Assembly (NCBI GenBank): GCA_021106655.1
Contig: JAIOTT010000066.1
Location: 1 to 34,106 of the forward strand
Reading direction: 5' to 3'
Length of the DNA: 34,106 nucleotides
DNA from: Bacteroidales bacterium
Lineage (GTDB): Bacteria > Bacteroidota > Bacteroidia > Bacteroidales > SMBSF77
Within the stretch, counting starts at the first letter, position 1; the number at the start of each line of letters is the position of its first letter. Below are positions 1 through 7,989 of this stretch, piece by piece. The notes under the pieces are model-generated. The model ran no database searches, was not told where the DNA came from, and was given only the letters and a program-made list of their open reading frames with translations. The position numbers and the translations under genes are program-made.

Positions 1-1226
1 TGAATCTTGCCAATATGGGATTAAAAGTACTTCTTGTTGAAAAAGATTACTCCATAGGTGGAAAAATGATCCATCTGAGTAAAGTATTTCCAACACTCGA
101 CTGTTCAGCCTGTATCGCAACACCCAAAATTTCCGAAACAGCACGACATCCGAATATTACAATATTTACTTTTAGTGAAGTACGGGATATTGAAAAATCC
201 GGCAATACATATATTGCAAAAATCATTAAAAAGCCAAGATATGTTAAGGAAGAATTATGTACAGGATGTCAGGAGTGTGAATATGTATGCCCGGTTTATG
301 CACCGGATCAATATCAGTTCGATCTGGTTGGGCGAAAAGCAATATTTGTACCCTTTAGTTTAGCAAATCCAAGAGTAGCTGGTATTGATATTGAAAATTG
401 TATCCTATGTGGGGCTTGTGAAAAAATATGCCCAACGGAAGCTATTGATTTTACAATGGAAGCCGAAGAAGTTTCAATAAGTTTTAAGTCAGCAATTATT
501 GCCACAGGCTTTAACTTATTTGATGCCCGTAACAAACCACAATATGGTTTCGGGAAATTCAAAAATGTTGTTAACAGTATGCAAATGGAGCGTCATTTAG
601 TTCCAACACGGCCATTCAACGCTGTATTGAGGCCATCAGACGGGAAAATGCCGGATAATATTGCCTATGTTCTTTGCACAGGGTCAAGAGATAAATCAAT
701 TGGGAACCCTCTGTGCTCACAAATTTGTTGCATGTACTCAATAAAACAAGCTCAGTTATTAATGGGAGCATTGCCAATGGCTGATGTTACAATATACTAT
801 ATTAATATCAGAGCCTTCGGAAAGGGATTTTGTGAATTTTACCAGCAATCGAAAACAATGGGGATAGAATTTGTAAAAGGAAAAGTGGCCCAGATTACCC
901 AAACAGAAAAAGATGATCTAATAGTACGATACGAAGACATTTTTGAGGGAAAAGTAAAAGAAGCTAAACACGACCTTGTTGTCTTAGCAATTGGAGCACT
1001 CCCAAATCCGGATGTTCCGGATATGTTTAAAAACGAAAAGGTTGAATTAGGTGAATTTAAATATGTAAAACAGGTTGATCGCTTCGCATGTCCTGCAAAA
1101 ACAAGCATGGAAGGTGTTTTTGTTGCAGGAACTGCGGCTGTGCCACTTGATATTCCAGATTCCATTTTATCGGCCGGTGCAGCTTCATCTGAAGCCAATA
1201 GTTATATTAAGAAACTTGGATTATAA
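1..1226 (+). CDS. HdrA/QmoA-like FAD-dependent iron-sulfur oxidoreductase subunit (5' end lies outside the window)
   Basis: Frame 3 is open from the window edge. The sequence ..NLANMGLKVLLVEKDYSIGG is the tail of a dinucleotide-binding fold, so the real start is upstream. HdrA hallmarks are present: FPTLDCSACI, the inserted 2x[4Fe-4S] ferredoxin motifs CTGCQECEYVCP and CILCGACEKICP, and GNPLCSQICCMYSIK. TAA stop at 1224-1226. Confidence 0.8.
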   Translation, partial: NLANMGLKVLLVEKDYSIGGKMIHLSKVFPTLDCSACIATPKISETARHPNITIFTFSEVRDIEKSGNTYIAKIIKKPRYVKEELCTGCQECEYVCPVYAPDQYQFDLVGRKAIFVPFSLANPRVAGIDIENCILCGACEKICPTEAIDFTMEAEEVSISFKSAIIATGFNLFDARNKPQYGFGKFKNVVNSMQMERHLVPTRPFNAVLRPSDGKMPDNIAYVLCTGSRDKSIGNPLCSQICCMYSIKQAQLLMGALPMADVTIYYINIRAFGKGFCEFYQQSKTMGIEFVKGKVAQITQTEKDDLIVRYEDIFEGKVKEAKHDLVVLAIGALPNPDVPDMFKNEKVELGEFKYVKQVDRFACPAKTSMEGVFVAGTAAVPLDIPDSILSAGAASSEANSYIKKLGL

Positions 1227-1232
1227 AATAAT

Positions 1233-3176
1233 TTGATAATGAGTAACAAAATAGGAGTATATATTTGTCATTGCGGTAATAATATATCCGAGTATGTTGA
1301 TGTTGAAAGAGTTAAAGAGAGCGTGAAAAATGAGGAAGGGGTGTTTATTGCGCGAACGACTATGTTTGCGTGTGCTGATTCAGCCCAGACTGAAATAATT
1401 GATGATATAAAAAATAATGCACTTGATGGTATTGTAATAGCCTCATGCTCACCAAAGCTACACCTACAAACCTTCAGAGAGGTTGCCAAACGAGCTGGAT
1501 TGAATCCTTATAATTATGTTCAGGTAAATATCAGGGAACAAGGATCATGGGCACATTCGAATGATCCTGAAGGAGCTACAGAAAAATCTATTGGTTTAGT
1601 TAAAGCAGGAATTGCCAGAACTCGTGTCTCCAAATCACTTGAACCACTTACAATTCCGGCAAAAAATATCGTTTTAATTATTGGTGCAGGTATTGCCGGC
1701 ATGAGAGCTGCTATTGAATTAGCAGAGATGGGAACAAAAGTCTATATAATTGAAAGAGAACATTTCGTTGGTGGAAGATTGTCGCAATGGGGCGTACTAT
1801 GCTCACTTAATGAAACAGGGAAAGAACTAATTTCACGCATTTACAAAAGACTCAAGGAGTTAGATAATATCACCCTGTTCACCGGTGCAGATTTAATTTC
1901 CAAAACAGGTAGCAGTGGTAACTTTGAAGTGGAAATCAAAATTACTCCAAGGTATGTCAAATCAAAATGCGATCCCGAAAGCCTGAAAAATGCAATTGAA
2001 GCCTGCCCTGTTGAAGTTACTGATGAGTTTAATTTTCATCTGACAAAAAGAAAAGCAATATTTAAAAACTTCGAAAGTGAATTTCCTGAAGCTCCGGTTA
2101 TAAATATGGAAGACTGTACCCGCTGTGGTGATTGCCTTAAGCACTGCGACAGCATTGACCTTGACCAAAAAACCGAGATAATAAAATTAAAAATTGGAGC
2201 AATCCAGGTATGTACAGGTTTTGACCCCTATGAACCCAAAGAAGGGGAATTCGGATATAAAACAATTGACAATGTTATTACACTTCAACAGTTCAAGCGA
2301 TTGGTTGAGTTGAATAAAGACCAACTACTTTTCAAGGGGAAGGAAATTCATAATATTGCTCTTATATACTGCGTCGGAAGCAGGCAATTTGGCAAAATAA
2401 ACGGGAGTAACCAATATTGCTCACGATACTGTTGCACAGTGGCTATTCACTCATCCCTGGTAGTAGGAAAAAAATATAATGATATCCATTGCCTGCATTT
2501 TACACGAGGTGTGAGAACTTATGGAAAACAAGAATTAATTTATGATGAAGCATCTCAAAAAGGTGATATCTTTTTTCATTTTGATGAAAATACTCCTCCC
2601 ACGATTGAAAAATCAGGAAGCAAAACTATTGTTAAAGTAAATGATGTTTATACTGATCAAATAGAACTAGGTGTTGAAGCTGATCTGGTAGTACTTGTTT
2701 CAGGGATGGTTCCACGAAAAAATAATTCCTCGGTTGAAATATTAAAAACACCTGTTGGAAGAGATGGCTTTTTAAATGAAATACACCCAAAATTAAGGCC
2801 GGTTGAAACAGTTATTGATGGTGTATTTATTTCAGGTGCGGCACAAGGACCAAAAAACATTGAAGAAACAGTAAACTCAACGCTTTCTGCAGCATCAAAA
2901 GTAAATGCAATGATCTGCAGGGAAGAAATAAAACTTGAACCGACCATTGCAAAAATTAATGAAGACACTTGCGAGTGGTGTGGGAAATGTTCAGAAACAT
3001 GTCCCTTCGAAGCCATATCGCAAATAACTCATAACGGAAAACAAATAGCATCAATAATTACAACAAACTGTAAAGGCTGTGGAATATGTACACCAGTTTG
3101 CCCTGTCGATGCTATTGATGTTATTGGTTATACAAACGTGGAAATTGAAAATATGATCATGTCTTTGGCGAAATAA
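1233..3176 (+). CDS. HdrA/QmoB-like iron-sulfur flavoprotein (HdrA N-terminal Cys domain, FAD domain, C-terminal 2x[4Fe-4S] ferredoxin)
   Basis: 647-aa ORF. The track start at 1233 is TTG; the ATG at 1239 is more likely. Motifs: IGVYICHCGNNISEYVDV...ASCSPKLH...NIREQGSWAH (HdrA N-domain), IIGAGIAGMRAAIELAEMG (GxGxxG), YCSRYCC, CEWCGKCSETCP and CKGCGICTPVCP. Only 6 nt separate it from the upstream gene. Confidence 0.8.
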   Translation: MIMSNKIGVYICHCGNNISEYVDVERVKESVKNEEGVFIARTTMFACADSAQTEIIDDIKNNALDGIVIASCSPKLHLQTFREVAKRAGLNPYNYVQVNIREQGSWAHSNDPEGATEKSIGLVKAGIARTRVSKSLEPLTIPAKNIVLIIGAGIAGMRAAIELAEMGTKVYIIEREHFVGGRLSQWGVLCSLNETGKELISRIYKRLKELDNITLFTGADLISKTGSSGNFEVEIKITPRYVKSKCDPESLKNAIEACPVEVTDEFNFHLTKRKAIFKNFESEFPEAPVINMEDCTRCGDCLKHCDSIDLDQKTEIIKLKIGAIQVCTGFDPYEPKEGEFGYKTIDNVITLQQFKRLVELNKDQLLFKGKEIHNIALIYCVGSRQFGKINGSNQYCSRYCCTVAIHSSLVVGKKYNDIHCLHFTRGVRTYGKQELIYDEASQKGDIFFHFDENTPPTIEKSGSKTIVKVNDVYTDQIELGVEADLVVLVSGMVPRKNNSSVEILKTPVGRDGFLNEIHPKLRPVETVIDGVFISGAAQGPKNIEETVNSTLSAASKVNAMICREEIKLEPTIAKINEDTCEWCGKCSETCPFEAISQITHNGKQIASIITTNCKGCGICTPVCPVDAIDVIGYTNVEIENMIMSLAK

Positions 3177-3203
3177 TAATTTAATCCAATAAAACCTAAA
3201 AAA

Positions 3204-3593
3204 ATGGAAACAACAACTGATATTATTAAGGAAAACAAAACAGTTCCTGAAGAAGCAAAAGAGAAAAAGCTCGAGAAAATAAAAGAAGGTCCAAAAACCA
3301 TTTCTCAAAACCCTGAAAAAAGGGTAATGACAATTGATGTTATTAAGAAAAAAAGAACTGTCCCTAAAGAAATACATGAGAAAAGGAAAGAGTTCTTAAG
3401 AATGAAAAAATTGATACTTAATTCATTAAAAGAGGGCCCAAAAACTATTCCTCAAATTGCAAAGGAAACCTCTGTTCCGGACATAGAGATAACATATTAT
3501 TTGATGACCCTAAGAAAATTCAGAGAAGTCATTACAGGTGAATTAGATGATAATGATGAATACTTTACTTACGAATTAAATAATAATAAGTAA
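3204..3593 (+). CDS. Small Lys/Glu-rich protein with an internal tandem duplication and a C-terminal winged-helix-like segment
   Basis: 129-aa ORF between the HdrA-like and QmoC-like genes; its stop is 2 nt before the next start. Repeat 1 is aa 5-35 (TDIIKENKTVPEEAKEK..KEGPKTISQ) and repeat 2 is aa 43-84 (TIDVIKKKRTVPKEIHEK..KEGPKTIPQ). LILNSLKEGPKTIPQIAKETSVPDIEITYYLMTLRKFREV resembles a wHTH. Confidence 0.6.
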   Translation: METTTDIIKENKTVPEEAKEKKLEKIKEGPKTISQNPEKRVMTIDVIKKKRTVPKEIHEKRKEFLRMKKLILNSLKEGPKTIPQIAKETSVPDIEITYYLMTLRKFREVITGELDDNDEYFTYELNNNK

Positions 3594-3595
3594 TA

Positions 3596-4723
3596 ATGGA
3601 GAAAATTGATCTTGAATTTTCAAAATCCCTGAAAAAATATGGAGCAGTTGACATTAGTCCTTGCTTTAACTGTGGAAACTGCACAGCGATTTGCTCTCTT
3701 TCAACAGAAGATAATTCGTTTCCAAGAAAAATGCTAAGATATAGCATACTTGGGTTACAAGATCGAATTTCCAGCTCCGTCGATCCATGGCTTTGCTATT
3801 ATTGTGGAGAATGCAGTGAAACTTGCCCCAAAGAGGCAAATCCCGGCGAATTAATGATGGCACTACGGAGATTTCTGGTTGCCCAATATGATTGGACTGG
3901 CCTTGCCAGAAAATTTTATACTTCGAAAATATGGGAAATGGGTGCTATACTATTTCTTGCCCTTATTATTCTGGCTATATTTGTTGTTTTCCACGGACCC
4001 CTCACTACAGAATTAACAGCTGAAGGTGGAGTGAAACTTAATACCTTCGCTCCATGGCACCAAATTCATATAGGCGATTGGATAATGGCTGGATTCCTCG
4101 CATTCTTCTTGCTATCTAATGTATTTAATATGTACTTAAAGATACTTAGAAATGACAAAAAAATAAAAATTCCTTTTCGCTTATATTTCACTGAGCTTAT
4201 TTCACTGGTCAGAAATTTTATAACCCAGGAGAGAATTAAGGATTGTGAAAAAGGAAAAGTATATTGGCTTATTCATCTTTTACTTATGTCGGGTTATGTG
4301 ATCTTATTTACAATGATTGTAGGTTTCCTGGGATGGTTTCAAACTGATAACATCTATGAATGGTGGCATCCGCAAAGATTATTGGGTTATTATGCAACGT
4401 TTGGATTGCTGGTGGGATGTGTATATTTCTTTATCGGAAGAATAAAAAAAGATAAAGAGCTCAATAAACATTCTCATTACACTGACTGGACTTTCCTGGT
4501 TTTGTTATTTTTTACAACATTAACCGGAATATTACTTCATTTTTTCAGAATCTATGGAATGCCAATGGCAACATATTATATGTATGTAATTCATCTAATG
4601 GTACTTTTCCCAATGTTGATGATAGAAGTACCGTTTTCTAAATGGTCACATCTTGCCTATCGCCCTGTTGCTATTTATTTTTCAAACGTTCTTAACAAGG
4701 CAAAAGAATTACAGAAAAGTTAG
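3596..4723 (+). CDS. QmoC-type subunit: HdrC-like 2x[4Fe-4S] N-domain fused to an HdrE/NarI-like multi-TM (putative heme b) domain
   Basis: 375-aa ORF with CFNCGNCTAICS and CYYCGECSETCP, followed by about 6 hydrophobic helices carrying conserved His residues (WHQIHIGDW, HLLLMSGY, LLHFFRIYG, HLMVLFPM, FSKWSHLAYRP). TAG stop. Confidence 0.75.
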   Translation: MEKIDLEFSKSLKKYGAVDISPCFNCGNCTAICSLSTEDNSFPRKMLRYSILGLQDRISSSVDPWLCYYCGECSETCPKEANPGELMMALRRFLVAQYDWTGLARKFYTSKIWEMGAILFLALIILAIFVVFHGPLTTELTAEGGVKLNTFAPWHQIHIGDWIMAGFLAFFLLSNVFNMYLKILRNDKKIKIPFRLYFTELISLVRNFITQERIKDCEKGKVYWLIHLLLMSGYVILFTMIVGFLGWFQTDNIYEWWHPQRLLGYYATFGLLVGCVYFFIGRIKKDKELNKHSHYTDWTFLVLLFFTTLTGILLHFFRIYGMPMATYYMYVIHLMVLFPMLMIEVPFSKWSHLAYRPVAIYFSNVLNKAKELQKS

Positions 4724-4766
4724 GTCTCCTTGCCTAAATATGTTGGCCGGAATTAAGAAAAAACCA

Positions 4767-4774
4767 TACTTTTG
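4767..4774 (+). promoter_or_regulatory. Bacteroidota-type -7 box (TAnnTTTG)
   Basis: TACTTTTG lies 32 nt upstream of the ATG at 4806. Confidence 0.4.
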
Positions 4775-4805
4775 TTTGCTATAAAGTAAATACTTTCTAG
4801 CATCA

Positions 4806-6410
4806 ATGGCTGAACCCTTTTACATAGACGCTATCTGGCTTAGCTTAGCCTTTCTCAGTGGAATCCTCGCTAAAAGAGTAAATCTCCCCCCTTTAATAGG
4901 ATTTTTGCTTACCGGAATCATCCTGAATGCATCTGGTTTAACACATGGACATATTAGTGGAGTTTTGCATACACTCTCCGATTTGGGCGTTATGTTGCTG
5001 CTATTTACTATTGGCTTAAAAATAAGTATTAAATCTTTGATAAAACGGGAAATCTGGGCTGCTGCAAGCATCCACATGATAATTTCCGTATTAGCTATTG
5101 GGAGTTTTGTTTTTTTTCTAAGTTATTTGGGGTTACGCCTTCTAAGCGATATTTCTATTAAAAGTGCAATGCTCATTGGTTTTGCATTGAGTTTTTCAAG
5201 CACTGTATTTGTTATAAAAATTTTAGAGGAGCGAGGTGAACTGAATTCCTTTCATGGTAAGATAGCAATTGGAATACTGGTAATACAAGATATTTTTGCC
5301 ATTATTTTTCTAACGGTATCAACAAGTGAATTACCAAGTCTTTGGGTTCTGACAATACCTGTTTACCTATACATTATTCGTTTTGTTCTTTTCAAAATAT
5401 TGAACATGACAGGACATGGTGAGCTGCTTACTGTATTTGGATTTTTTGCAACTTTTGTTACAGGTGCCCTTAGTTTTGAATTAGTCGGACTGAAACCCGA
5501 TCTGGGTGCCCTGATAATAGGAATGCTGCTGGTAGGGCATAATAAGTCAAAAGAACTTTTTGAACGTATGATGAGTTATAAGGATTTTTTCCTTATTGCC
5601 TTCTTTATCAATATCGGCCTGTCGGGAATACCTACATGGAATATGATCTTTACCGCTCTTATCTTATTGGCTTTTATCGTTTTTAAAGGAGGTTTATTCC
5701 TGATAATTTTCTCGCGTTTTAATTTAAGATCACGAACAGCATTTCTCTCTTCAATAAGCCTTGCAAATTTTAGTGAATTTGGTTTAATTACAGGGCTTGT
5801 TGGTGTACAATTAGGTTTAATAAGTAATGATTGGGTGATTATTATTGCCGTACTTATGTCCTTCTCTTTTTTAGTCTCATCCCCATTAAATAATTATGCA
5901 CATAATCTCTTTAATAAATTCAAACCGGCATTAATGAAGCTTAATAGTGGACAAATGTGTGTTGATGACGAACCTGTTTTTTTGGGTAATGCAAATTATC
6001 TTATTATCGGAATGGGGAGTATAGGGCAATCAGCATACACCTACATTAACTCAGAACATAACACTAAAGCTATCGGAATTGATTATGATCATGAATTAAT
6101 AAAGAAGATTCAAAAGCAAAACATAAATGCTCTTTGGGGGGATGCAACCGACAGTATATTCTGGGAAAATGTTGATTTATCAAAAATTAAGATGATATTA
6201 TTCACTATGAGTGATCATGTTTCTAATATTAACTCCATTAAAGAAGTAGTTAAATTTAGTAACAGAAGCTTTAAGATTGGGGCTATCTGTCATTATCTTG
6301 ACGAAAGAACTGATTTTGAAGAATTGAAAGTCGATTATATTTTCAATTATAAAGTCCATCTGGGTAGTGACTTTGCGCATGGATTTCTTGGTGATTTTAA
6401 TAAAGTTTAA
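4806..6410 (+). CDS. CPA2-family monovalent cation:proton antiporter with C-terminal RCK/TrkA-N domain (KefB/KefC-like)
   Basis: 534-aa ORF. About 12 TM helices are followed by a Rossmann-like IIGMGSIGQSAY (GxGxxG) soluble domain. Confidence 0.75.
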   Translation: MAEPFYIDAIWLSLAFLSGILAKRVNLPPLIGFLLTGIILNASGLTHGHISGVLHTLSDLGVMLLLFTIGLKISIKSLIKREIWAAASIHMIISVLAIGSFVFFLSYLGLRLLSDISIKSAMLIGFALSFSSTVFVIKILEERGELNSFHGKIAIGILVIQDIFAIIFLTVSTSELPSLWVLTIPVYLYIIRFVLFKILNMTGHGELLTVFGFFATFVTGALSFELVGLKPDLGALIIGMLLVGHNKSKELFERMMSYKDFFLIAFFINIGLSGIPTWNMIFTALILLAFIVFKGGLFLIIFSRFNLRSRTAFLSSISLANFSEFGLITGLVGVQLGLISNDWVIIIAVLMSFSFLVSSPLNNYAHNLFNKFKPALMKLNSGQMCVDDEPVFLGNANYLIIGMGSIGQSAYTYINSEHNTKAIGIDYDHELIKKIQKQNINALWGDATDSIFWENVDLSKIKMILFTMSDHVSNINSIKEVVKFSNRSFKIGAICHYLDERTDFEELKVDYIFNYKVHLGSDFAHGFLGDFNKV

Positions 6411-6427
6411 TTACCTGGAAACCCCGG

Positions 6428-6448
6428 CTGAGCGGAGTTTCCTGACTT
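6428..6448. repeat. Degenerate half-copy of the GCTGAGCGGAGT hairpin element
   Basis: gctgagcggagtttcctgact matches 14823-14843 (gctgagcggagtctccagact) at 19/21 positions. It sits 18 nt after the antiporter stop, and the 3' stem half is missing. Confidence 0.6.
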
Positions 6449-6880
6449 ACAAAAACATGAAGCATTTCTTCTGCTGTCCATCTTGATTTCATTCACCGTA
6501 GGTGATATAAACCGGTAGCCTGCAGAATAGAGAAAAGCCATTATACCTCGTAGAGGTTTCATAAAGTTTTTTTGTTTTTTCATATTCTTTTTTCTTGATA
6601 AAAAAGAATCAAAAAATCAAGACTGATTATAATTCACTAAGAACCTCTAAGCAGCAATAATATGCGCAATCCAAGCCGCTATTTTATTATTTTATGCATC
6701 ATGATTTTATTTAAATTACATATTTCGTTTCTTTAAGTTATCTATACTAATCCCGCTCGTGGATTGCTTTTAATTCGCAAACATTTTTATTGCTCCAAGA
6801 GATTCTAAGAGTATTCTAAAATGTCATTTCTATTACAAAGTTCACCTTTCCCTGATAAGCATAACATAAGAAAAATAAAC

Positions 6881-6909
6881 GTTAGGCGAAGCGTCCACGC
6901 TTCGCCTAA
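6881..6909. repeat. REP-like perfect hairpin (12-bp stem, TCCA loop); a 26-nt core is repeated at 11739-11764
   Basis: TTAGGCGAAGCG-TCCA-CGCTTCGCCTAA. The string GTTAGGCGAAGCGTCCACGCTTCGCC is identical at both loci. Confidence 0.85.
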
Positions 6910-7142
6910 AATAAGCAATCTGCTAACCTACTAAACAAAATAACACACCCAAGATCCAGAACCCCATTAAAAAAATTCATTATTGCGTTAACGAGATATT
7001 AAGAAATTTTCAATATATTTGTGAAATAATTAACAACAAGTATAGACAATTCATATTACATGGGTCTACTCAATTGTTGTGATTTGCGATCTGACATAAA
7101 CTAAATAACACCTATTGATTAGTAAATCTATAGAAGTTTATT

Positions 7143-7150
7143 TAGTTTTG
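7143..7150 (+). promoter_or_regulatory. Bacteroidota-type -7 box (TAnnTTTG)
   Basis: TAGTTTTG lies 18 nt upstream of the antitoxin ATG at 7168. Confidence 0.45.
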
Positions 7151-7167
7151 TATTAAAACAATAAGAT

Positions 7168-7401
7168 ATGAATATTCAGACAGAAAAATTAAACTTAATC
7201 GAATGGATTTCAAGACTTAATGACACATCCTTATTAGAGAAACTTCGAAAAATCAAGGACGATTATTCTAAATCAACGGATTGGTGGGATACATTAAAAA
7301 TCGAAGAAATAGAATCTATAAATAGAGGATTAAAGGATTTTGAAGAAGGCAGAGTTCATTCTCATGAAACTGCTCGGGAAATTTATGAAAAATACCTATA
7401 A
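7168..7401 (+). CDS. Type II antitoxin-like small protein (addiction module component)
   Basis: 77-aa acidic helical ORF. It overlaps the downstream RelE/ParE-like reading frame by 17 nt, which is classic TA organisation. Confidence 0.6.
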   Translation: MNIQTEKLNLIEWISRLNDTSLLEKLRKIKDDYSKSTDWWDTLKIEEIESINRGLKDFEEGRVHSHETAREIYEKYL

Positions 7402-7690
7402 ACTTATTTGGTCTGATGAAGCACTAAATAACTTAAAAGAAATACTTGACTACCTAGAGCAACGTTGGACTAACAGAGAAATTAAGAGATTCTCTCAATT
7501 ACTTGATTATTAACTAAAACTGATTGAAGATAATCCATTATTATTTGCAAAGAGTGATAAATCTAACGGGATGAGAAAATCAGTACTATCAAAGCAGACA
7601 ACAATTTATTATCGTATAATTAATTATGAAATTCGTATAATAACTTTATATGATAATAGGCAAAACCCTAATAAATTGAGAATTAAATAA
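7385..7690 (+). pseudogene. RelE/ParE-family toxin interrupted by an in-frame TAA at codon 43 (7511-7513)
   Basis: ATG at 7385. The translation MKNTYKLIWSDEALNNLKEILDYLEQRWTNREIKRFSQLLDY-stop-LKLIEDNPLLFAKSDKSNGMRKSVLSKQTTIYYRIINYEIRIITLYDNRQNPNKL continues in the same frame to the TAA at 7688-7690. The ..YYRI..I.I..L.D.RQNP tail is typical of the family. Confidence 0.7.
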
Positions 7691-7956
7691 AACACAAGTC
7701 GGTTAAGCAAAGTCTCCAAAATCACTTACCTAACATCCCACTCTCAAGCCCTCTTACCGAATAATGAATTTCATAGTATTAAAAAATGAGGATGTGATCT
7801 ATATCAAAAATCGCTAACCAACAATCGAATATCAAAAATCCTGTTACAATTGTTCCCTCCTGTTTTTTGCTTTTCTTTAATGGATAGTAGTGGTTCAATT
7901 ATTAAGTAAAAGTAAAAGTAAAATTTAAAAAACTGTTTTTTATATTCCAAATTTTC

Positions 7957-7964
7957 TATTTTTG
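7957..7964 (+). promoter_or_regulatory. Bacteroidota-type -7 box (TAnnTTTG)
   Basis: TATTTTTG lies 26 nt upstream of the AOR ATG at 7990. Confidence 0.45.
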
Positions 7965-7989
7965 TATCATCAAAATAAAACTTTCAAAT

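Noticed and set aside
6419-6566. Minus-strand small ORFs across the hairpin clusters as real peptides. Examples are MKPLRGIMAFLYSAGYRFISPTVNEIKMDS.. in 6419-6566 and MQNISYLTALDANMSFAFYQYVVPLGLLKK.. in 23916-24030.
   Set aside because: Their sequences are direct read-outs of consecutive palindromic hairpins. They have no promoter or initiation context and no domain signal, so they are most likely spurious.
6411-7167. A tRNA, rRNA, tmRNA or other classic RNA gene in the large spacers: 6411-7167, 23899-24219 and 32613-33092.
   Set aside because: I found no T-loop (GGTTCGAATCC-type) or acceptor-stem pattern and no rRNA-like conserved blocks. The GC-rich patches resolve into short independent hairpins.
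7511-7513. The in-frame TAA codons in the toxin and the M23 peptidase could be stop-codon reassignments.
   Set aside because: TAA is the dominant genuine terminator in this window, used by roughly 20 genes, so reassignment is not tenable.
7691-7989. A Moco/Wco riboswitch upstream of the AOR gene or of the wtp operon.
   Set aside because: I could not recognise the conserved Moco-motif core or a supporting multi-stem architecture by eye in 7691-7989 or 10147-10254. A covariance-model scan would be needed to exclude it formally.
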